Assembly (NCBI GenBank): GCA_964398485.1
Contig: CAYNMD010000002.1
Coordinates: forward strand, 7,956-71,955
Direction: 5' to 3'
Length of the DNA: 64,000 bases
Source: an uncultured Bdellovibrionales bacterium
GTDB taxonomy: Bacteria > Patescibacteriota > Minisyncoccia > Moranbacterales > UBA1568
This document shows, piece by piece, positions 57,604-64,000 of the stretch. The number at the start of each line of letters is the position of its first letter. Position 1 is the first letter of the stretch. The notes below the pieces were generated by a model. That model searched no databases. It worked only from the letters and a program-made list of their open reading frames with translations, and had not been told where the DNA came from. The translations under genes were made by a program, and so were the position numbers.

Positions 57604-60027
57604 TTATGCTTGCCACTTATCACGAGCTGCCTGATCAGCCAATGGATCATCTCCGTACTGAGGAACGGCACTCCCCTCTCCCTCACGAGGGATAAGGACC
57701 GTTCGACGTTTATTTTCTTCAATACTAATCACTCCTCGTTCCTCAAGAAGATCGGTAATTCTTGCTGCTTTCGGATAGCCAATCTTGAGGTGTCGCTGAA
57801 GATAGGTTGTTGATACCTTCTGAGTCCGAATGACCAAGGCTTTGGCTGCATTGTAAATAGACTCATCATCATCGCCATCCAGTGGGGTATCCAAATCAAT
57901 CGGGGCAGCGTCAGTCTCACTCGGAGATTTTTTTTCATTACTACCACTGATGTCTTCACCAATTTCATCCCATCCTTTTTTAATTTTCTGATCTACAATA
58001 AAATGAACTACCTTTTTCACTTCATCCTCAGATACATAAACTCCTTGAATACGCTGGAGATTCGAAGCTTCTGCAGAAGAATACAACATATCCCCTTGTC
58101 CCAAAAGTTTTTCTGCTCCACCGGTACCAAAAATAGTACGTGAATCTATCTGAGTCTTCAGTTGAAAAGAAATACGGGCTGGAATATTAGCCTTGATAAG
58201 CCCAGTAATCACATTGACTTCTGGGCGCTGCGTCGCGAGTACAAGATGGATTCCCACCGCACGTGCTTTTTGTGCCAAACGAACAATAAGACCTTCAACC
58301 TCTTTGCCGTGAGCCATCATAAGGTCCGCCATTTCATCGATAACGATAACAATCTGAGGAAGTCTCTCTAGAAATTCTTCTGTCGTCGTGTTGGTATCAG
58401 GATTGAAGATCTGTTTCTTTTCGCCTCGGAGCATCTTCTCACGATACGAGAAGAGATCTCGTGACCCCACCCCTTCCAAAACCTTGTACCGCCGTTCCAT
58501 TTCTCCCAAAGCCCATTTAAGAGCATTGACTACCTTGTGACTATCCACGATAACATCGGTTTTGAGGTGGGGAATATTACGATACAAGGATAATTCTACT
58601 CGTTTCGGATCAACCAGTATAAGCTGCAAATCCTCAGGTGAATTCTGGTAAAGCAGAGAGAGTAGAAAAGTATTTACACAAACACTTTTTCCAGAATTGG
58701 TAGCACCAGCAATCAAAACATGTGGCATTTTGGCAAGATCGGCAAAGATCATCTTTCCAGAAACGTCCTGACCAAAGATCAGTGTCAAATTGGAAGCCCG
58801 ACTCCGGAATTCTCTCGACTCAAGAAAATTACGTAGTCTCACCATAGCTTTCGTCTTATTGGGCACCTCAATACCAATCAATGATTTCCCTGGAATTGGA
58901 GCTTCGATACGTACCTGGTGAGCCGCCAAAGCAAGGGCGAGATTATCATTGAGCGCTGTAATTCGAGACAGCTTCACCCCCACTGCTGGACGAAAAGTAT
59001 ACTGAGTAACCGTTGGCCCTTGCTGTACCTCGCCTGGTTCCACTTCAATACCAAAATACTTGAGAGTACGAATAATAATATCCTGATTTTGAGCGATATC
59101 CCCACCCTGGCCATTCTCCTGAGAAGCCGCTAAAAGTTCGAGTGGTGGAAGCTCCCAACGCATTGAAACTCTCGGTTTTTTTGGTCGAATAAACGCAGGG
59201 ACAAGCACTGATTCATCTTCGGATGGATCCGGAGAAGCAGAGGGCTCTGCCCCCTTTTCGTCTACATCATCACCTACAAAGCGAACCTTAGTAATGTTTT
59301 GTTCATCAAGAGCATCCAGAGAATCCTTCTTATCATCGCCCACCTCTTGTTGATGTTCTTTCTCATGATCAAAGACTTGCTCCAAAGAAAGATGGTCTGA
59401 GTCTTGCTTCTCTATCGAAAGCGCAGCCGTCTCCGGAATACCAGAAATAGCCCCATCTGAGAGAGAGGGTTCGGGATTGGTACGAAAAAAGCGCGATCGC
59501 ACACCTTGCAAAAAATGATATAAAGACACATTAAAGGCAGCAATTACCCCTATAGCAAAAATGGCGAGTAAAACTACTGTACTAGCTACTTTTCCCATCG
59601 CACCATTAAGCCCAGCAACAAGTGAATAACCCAAGAAACCTCCGCCAATGCCATCAAGGGCAGCTTTCTTGAGTTCTCGATTGCTATCCCCAAGAAAAAG
59701 ATGTGAGAGACCAAGGACTGCAATATAGGCCAAAGCGAGAGCGATATACCTTATGACATCCTGAAAAGTCGTCTCCCGATGCCGAAAGAGCATCACTCCA
59801 ACCAAGGCAAACAATGGGGGTAACAGCCAACGACTCCATCCAACAGCAATTCCGAGCCATTCATCAATAGTAACTCCGAATATTCCTGCTTGATTAATAA
59901 AACTGAGAAAGAAAATAATAGCGAGCGTAAAAAAACAAATAGCCCATATACCTCGCTTGGCTTCAGAACCTAAAAAAGGCTTTCCTTCAGTTGCATTTTT
60001 TTCCTCATCTTTTTTCTTGCGTCCCAT
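57604..60027 (-). CDS. ftsK: DNA translocase FtsK/SpoIIIE
   Basis: N-terminal TM domain, linker, motor (GATNSGKS Walker A; ...VIDEMADLM Walker B), C-terminal gamma winged helix. Confidence 0.9.
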   Translation of the reverse strand: MGRKKKDEEKNATEGKPFLGSEAKRGIWAICFFTLAIIFFLSFINQAGIFGVTIDEWLGIAVGWSRWLLPPLFALVGVMLFRHRETTFQDVIRYIALALAYIAVLGLSHLFLGDSNRELKKAALDGIGGGFLGYSLVAGLNGAMGKVASTVVLLAIFAIGVIAAFNVSLYHFLQGVRSRFFRTNPEPSLSDGAISGIPETAALSIEKQDSDHLSLEQVFDHEKEHQQEVGDDKKDSLDALDEQNITKVRFVGDDVDEKGAEPSASPDPSEDESVLVPAFIRPKKPRVSMRWELPPLELLAASQENGQGGDIAQNQDIIIRTLKYFGIEVEPGEVQQGPTVTQYTFRPAVGVKLSRITALNDNLALALAAHQVRIEAPIPGKSLIGIEVPNKTKAMVRLRNFLESREFRSRASNLTLIFGQDVSGKMIFADLAKMPHVLIAGATNSGKSVCVNTFLLSLLYQNSPEDLQLILVDPKRVELSLYRNIPHLKTDVIVDSHKVVNALKWALGEMERRYKVLEGVGSRDLFSYREKMLRGEKKQIFNPDTNTTTEEFLERLPQIVIVIDEMADLMMAHGKEVEGLIVRLAQKARAVGIHLVLATQRPEVNVITGLIKANIPARISFQLKTQIDSRTIFGTGGAEKLLGQGDMLYSSAEASNLQRIQGVYVSEDEVKKVVHFIVDQKIKKGWDEIGEDISGSNEKKSPSETDAAPIDLDTPLDGDDDESIYNAAKALVIRTQKVSTTYLQRHLKIGYPKAARITDLLEERGVISIEENKRRTVLIPREGEGSAVPQYGDDPLADQAARDKWQA

Positions 60028-60034
60028 AGAGTTC

Positions 60035-60760
60035 TTAGGATTTTTCTTGCTTATGTACTTCTGGCATCGAAACTATGTCTGCTGCCATTTGTTGAGCTGC
60101 TGGTAGATCAAAGTTATTATCCAAAGCCCACTGTATCCTCCGTTGATATTCCGCCCACTCATTCTGAGATGCGGCTAATTTCTCTTCCAAAGTTTCAATA
60201 CCTGCCTCAAGAGTCCTTCGGATATCACTACAACGATTTTTGTAAGTTGCTAGCCCCTCTCGGGCTATCATGGTAGCAAGCATTTCTTTCCAAGTATCAA
60301 AATCTCGCCGCTTACTGTCCACACTCACCATCTGATGCGCCGCGTTATCCAAAGAATCTTCAAAAGCTGCAACATCTCCCTGCGTACGAGACAGGTCTCT
60401 CTCTAGAGCCTCGAGAATCATCTGCATGGAATATATCTCACTCCTCCTACGCCTCTTCTCCTCTAACTCTTGCTGCAATTTCTCAAGCTCTTCATAGTAA
60501 GCTACACCCTTACCCCTGGTTTCGCTTGATACCAACACATTTTCTTGACTAGGTAGCACTGGTGATTGTTGCTCGATAGTGCCAGACACCTCTCCTAGCT
60601 TTTCTCCTCCCCCAACCGATTGGCCAAATCCCACTGCTCGATGCATATCAGCAAGAATTCTCCCAGTTTCAGTTGCGTACCTACTACCCGGTGCACCAAA
60701 AGAGGGGGCCGGTGGCTCTGTTGGTTTCGCTGGACTTAATATTTTTTCAAGCCAAGACAT
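60035..60760 (-). CDS. hypothetical coiled-coil protein
   Basis: 241 aa, Pro/Gly-rich N-terminus then heptad repeats. Sits 8 nt downstream of ftsK. Confidence 0.4.
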   Translation of the reverse strand: MSWLEKILSPAKPTEPPAPSFGAPGSRYATETGRILADMHRAVGFGQSVGGGEKLGEVSGTIEQQSPVLPSQENVLVSSETRGKGVAYYEELEKLQQELEEKRRRRSEIYSMQMILEALERDLSRTQGDVAAFEDSLDNAAHQMVSVDSKRRDFDTWKEMLATMIAREGLATYKNRCSDIRRTLEAGIETLEEKLAASQNEWAEYQRRIQWALDNNFDLPAAQQMAADIVSMPEVHKQEKS

Positions 60761-60836
60761 AAAAAAGAAATAGGGGCTACCCTCCTCTATTGTACGCTGC
60801 TTTCTTTACCCAAGGCAAACTCAAAAAAATTCTGTT

Positions 60837-61061
60837 TCATTCTTCATTAGAATCAGACTCCTCATCATCAAGGAAAGCAAGCAACTCCTCAGTCAACTGT
60901 TCAAATTCTCGAGCAGATTCTTCCAATGAATCATCAAGTTCTTTCTGCTTTGATTCGTTTGTCAGTCTCGCCTCTAACAAACGCTTGTCTATACTATCAA
61001 GCCAGAGGTCGGTCTCATCTCGATGAGAGGCTACTTGATGAACGTCTGCAGGAGTACTCAT
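60837..61061 (-). CDS. hypothetical small acidic protein
   Basis: Track ORF 60837..61172 overlaps the upstream gene by 104 nt. Trimmed to the internal M (MSTPADVHQ...), 74 aa with a very acidic C-terminus (DDEESDSNEE). Confidence 0.3.
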   Translation of the reverse strand: MSTPADVHQVASHRDETDLWLDSIDKRLLEARLTNESKQKELDDSLEESAREFEQLTEELLAFLDDEESDSNEE

Positions 61062-61068
61062 AGGAGAT

Positions 61069-62016
61069 CTATTCCATACCAACTGGCCGACGCATTGGTG
61101 GCCGAAGTCGTAATGGTCGCTTTTCAACTTTTTTCTTCTTTTTCTGACCTGTAATTGGATCGAGTGACTCATCGAGACGAGACACTCCTAGTAAAGGAAC
61201 TTTCTTTTTCTCAAGCACCTTACTCACATCCTTGAGATCCCAAATACGGCCACGTGTTTTATCAAGCTTTCTTTCTAAGCGTAAAATTTGATCTGCTTTG
61301 AGCTGAGCCTGCATCGCTGCCAAACGCCCAGCTGCTTCCAAATCATTTTTAACTCGCCCCCTCTTTTCGAGACGCCACTTGTGAGCTGTTTCCTCATTTA
61401 TTTTTTGGAGAGCCTCATACTCGATTTGAAGCAGTTTCAAACGGTCAATCATTTCCCTTTCAGTTGTCTGTAAAAGCAAAGATTCTGCCTGATTGGCAGC
61501 AAGCTTTTTATTTAGAGGACCATTAACCCGATCAATCACCGCATTTGCCTTGACCTCATGATCTTTTTGGAGAGTACGAATACGTCCAAGTCGGTCTTTC
61601 TTTTCTGATACCTTCAACGAAAGCGAGGTATGCCGCTCTCTTTTCTTTTCTATCTCTTCACGCAAAGTAGTGAGTACTTTCTCAGAAACACTACTCTCCA
61701 GTACACTCAGTAACGCTTCTTTTTCCTTGAGAGACCTTTCCGCTTCCTCTAGTTCAATCCGGGCTTGCTTCGCCTTAATACTTATCTTATTGTACCTTGC
61801 ATCAGCCCGCATAACCGCCGAATCAATATCTGCCGTCTCTAACCGATCTCGAAGCATCCGTACTCGATCAAAAATTCGTCCCACAGGACCGACCCGATCC
61901 AATCTTTCTATTCCGGTATTTACCACTGAAGCTGCACCATCTATTGCCCGTTTATTCGCCGCCTCAATACGAGAAGTCAAACTAGGTTCTGAGGAAGAAT
62001 CAATTGGAGTAGACAT
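61069..62016 (-). CDS. hypothetical coiled-coil protein with basic C-terminal tail
   Basis: 315 aa of heptad repeats ending GQKKKKKVEKRPLRLRPPMRRP. First gene downstream of rpoC. Confidence 0.4.
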   Translation of the reverse strand: MSTPIDSSSEPSLTSRIEAANKRAIDGAASVVNTGIERLDRVGPVGRIFDRVRMLRDRLETADIDSAVMRADARYNKISIKAKQARIELEEAERSLKEKEALLSVLESSVSEKVLTTLREEIEKKRERHTSLSLKVSEKKDRLGRIRTLQKDHEVKANAVIDRVNGPLNKKLAANQAESLLLQTTEREMIDRLKLLQIEYEALQKINEETAHKWRLEKRGRVKNDLEAAGRLAAMQAQLKADQILRLERKLDKTRGRIWDLKDVSKVLEKKKVPLLGVSRLDESLDPITGQKKKKKVEKRPLRLRPPMRRPVGME

Positions 62017-62249
62017 CTGAAGAGCTTCTCTGCCTGAACGTTCTACACCAGGGACTACCGCTAAGATCGGGTCCTACTCACTTTTAGAATTAACCTCCTC
62101 TGTCATCCTTTGCCGAGGAGATTCGACAACAGCCCCTTCCATAGAGTCAAATATTCATTTCTTTACCATTCCATTATAGCCCACTTAGGATGAAGCAAAA
62201 ACAAAACACCCCAGAATTGGGGTGTTTTGAAGAAAGGAAAGAGAAACGA

Positions 62250-64000
62250 TTAGGCTTCATCCTCACCCACTCGGTATCCAGTACCGGCTGGAATGAGACG
62301 GCCAATAATAACGTTTTCCTTAAGACCACGCAGACGATCCTCTTTGCCTTGAACCGCAGCATTAATGAGCACACGAGCGGTTTCCATAAAGGAGGCAGCT
62401 GAGAGGAACGACTCTGTCGAGAGAGCTACCTTGGTGATACCAAGCACCATCGGCTCACCAGTAGCAGGATTTCCCTTATCAGTCGTTGCTTCTTCATTCG
62501 CTTCGAGGAATTGGTCCTTCTCTACGATATCTCCAGGAAGGAGCATAGTATCTCCCGGATCAGCCACTCGGATACGTGAGAACATCTGGCGGATGATCAC
62601 TTCGATATGCTTATCATTGATACCTTCACCCTGGCTGGCATAGATCTCCTGAATCTCTCGAATAATGTATCGATGCACTGCTTCAAGACCCATTACTTCG
62701 TGGAGCTTCTTGAGATCAACATGTCCCTCAGAAAGCACCGATCCCTTACCAACAAGATCACCCACTTTTACCTTCACCGCGGCATTGGCTGGTGCCGAAT
62801 ACTCATATTCTTTCTTGTCATTTCCCAAAACAGTTACTTTCACGACTTTGGTTTCTTTGACAATTGACTTCACCTGACCCTCCAATTCAGAAAGGATAGC
62901 TTCCGTCTTCGGAGTACGGGCTTCAAATATTTCTTCAACACGAGGGAGACCTTGGGTAATGTCAGAACCAGCTACACCACCAATATGGAAGGTACGCATA
63001 GTAAGCTGAGTACCTGGTTCACCGATAGCCTGAGCAGCCACCACCCCTACCGAGGCGCCAAGTTCAACCAAGGCATTGCGACCGAGATCAAGACCGTAGC
63101 ACTTGCGGCATACTCCACGACGAGATCGACAGGTAACAAGGGTGCGGATCTTTACTTGAGGGATACCAAGTGTTTCGATCTCTTTTGCCTGAGCTCTTGA
63201 GATAAGCTCACCCTTCTTGGTAATAACCTCTTTAGTCTCTGGATGCTTGATTGCCTCAACAGTTACACGACCCTCAACACGTGAAGCAAAGGAAACACCT
63301 ACTTTATCAGAATCTTCACGATAGAGATAGGCTCCCTCAGCATCACCACAGTCCTCATCACGAACAATAATATCCTGTGACACATCAACCAAACGACGAG
63401 TTAGGTATCCAGCAGTAGCCGTACGGAGAGCGGTATCAGCCATACCCTTACGAGCACCGTGAGTTGAGATGAAATACTCAAGTACGTTGAACCCTTCCTT
63501 GAAACAGCTCTTTACAGGAAGTTCGATGGTTTCACCTGTTGGCCCAGCCATGAGACCTTTCATACCAGTCATCTGCACTACTACCGATTCGCTACCACGA
63601 GCCTTGGAGTACACCATTGAATACACTGGGCCTTCTTTGTCGAGAGAATCACGAACTGCATCAGTAATCTTGTTCTTGGCATCGTTCCAGATCTCGATGA
63701 TTCGATCCTTGCGCTCATCGTTGGTCAAAAGTCCCATATTGTACTGGTCCTTCACAAGAGTCACTTTCTCTTCAGCGGCAGCCATAATTTCTGACTTCAC
63801 TGCTGGCACCTTGAGGTCATCAATACCCCAGCTAATTCCCGATTTGGAAACAGCCTTAAACGAAAGATCTTTGAGACGATCAGCGAAGAGAGCTGCTTCA
63901 TCCTGACCCATCTTCTCCAGAATACGCGCCATGAGAGCCTTGAGGTTCTTCTTCACCATCTCTTCGTTCACAAAGCGGAGTTCTGTTGGGAGAATATCAT
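62250..64000 (-). CDS. rpoC: DNA-directed RNA polymerase subunit beta' (3' portion; 5' end beyond window)
   Basis: Conserved beta' C-terminal regions are present. The reading frame stays open through to position 64000. Confidence 0.9.
   Translation of the reverse strand, partial: DILPTELRFVNEEMVKKNLKALMARILEKMGQDEAALFADRLKDLSFKAVSKSGISWGIDDLKVPAVKSEIMAAAEEKVTLVKDQYNMGLLTNDERKDRIIEIWNDAKNKITDAVRDSLDKEGPVYSMVYSKARGSESVVVQMTGMKGLMAGPTGETIELPVKSCFKEGFNVLEYFISTHGARKGMADTALRTATAGYLTRRLVDVSQDIIVRDEDCGDAEGAYLYREDSDKVGVSFASRVEGRVTVEAIKHPETKEVITKKGELISRAQAKEIETLGIPQVKIRTLVTCRSRRGVCRKCYGLDLGRNALVELGASVGVVAAQAIGEPGTQLTMRTFHIGGVAGSDITQGLPRVEEIFEARTPKTEAILSELEGQVKSIVKETKVVKVTVLGNDKKEYEYSAPANAAVKVKVGDLVGKGSVLSEGHVDLKKLHEVMGLEAVHRYIIREIQEIYASQGEGINDKHIEVIIRQMFSRIRVADPGDTMLLPGDIVEKDQFLEANEEATTDKGNPATGEPMVLGITKVALSTESFLSAASFMETARVLINAAVQGKEDRLRGLKENVIIGRLIPAGTGYRVGEDEA

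Noticed and set aside
1-64000. CRISPR arrays, rRNA genes, IS elements/transposases, integrases
   Set aside because: No direct-repeat/spacer periodicity, no 16S/23S/5S-like conserved stretches, and no transposase or integrase-like ORFs were seen. The GC-rich islands lack recognisable mobility genes or flanking direct repeats.

Overview
This 64 kb window is almost entirely minus-strand core genes from a small bacterial genome (baseline about 46-48% GC by eye). Several signatures point to a Patescibacteria/CPR-like lineage: there is no rpmD (L30) between rpsE and rplO, S14 is the short Zn-ribbon form, the alpha-operon genes are missing after map, and several r-proteins carry extensions.

Gene order from low to high coordinate is as follows. 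It starts with partial murD, a D-aminoacylase-like amidohydrolase, a glycolytic block (gap, fba, tpiA) and a GalT-like HIT enzyme plus a GT2 glycosyltransferase. Next come ruvX, map, adk and secY, followed by a complete spc/S10 ribosomal cluster fused to the str operon (rplO through rpsJ, then tuf, a 737-nt noncoding spacer, fusA, rpsG, rpsL). After that come an M50 site-2 protease and a short plus-strand block: rpmB (L28) and two tandem divergent beta-carbonic-anhydrase-like genes, each with its own terminator. Then come tRNA-Pro(GGG), a GC-rich roughly 500-nt unassigned segment, ndk, comEC split into two ORFs, nrdR, and a ClpB-like AAA+ ATPase that is membrane-anchored with a degenerate first ATPase domain.

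The most interesting feature is a GC-rich (about 55-58%) 2.8 kb island with three genes: a standalone CheY-like receiver, an orphan ParB/Noc-like protein, and an HhH-GPD glycosylase-like protein with a four-Cys cluster. This island is wedged between the ClpB-like gene and ftsZ-ftsA.

Downstream are dgkA, ybeY, yqeY, rpsU, a HIT protein, hisS, lepB, a plus-strand LCP protein and pth, and a GC-rich structured roughly 175-nt element that may be an ncRNA. These are followed by rplY, a Zn-ribbon protein paired with a 280-aa unknown, gyrB, efp, rpsF-ssb-rpsR, a coiled-coil lytic-transglycosylase-domain protein, recA, a RodZ-like protein, ftsK, three coiled-coil/acidic unknowns, and the 3' part of rpoC, which runs off the window.

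No rRNA, CRISPR array or obvious mobile element was found. All calls come from reading the translations and sequence by eye; no database searches were run.
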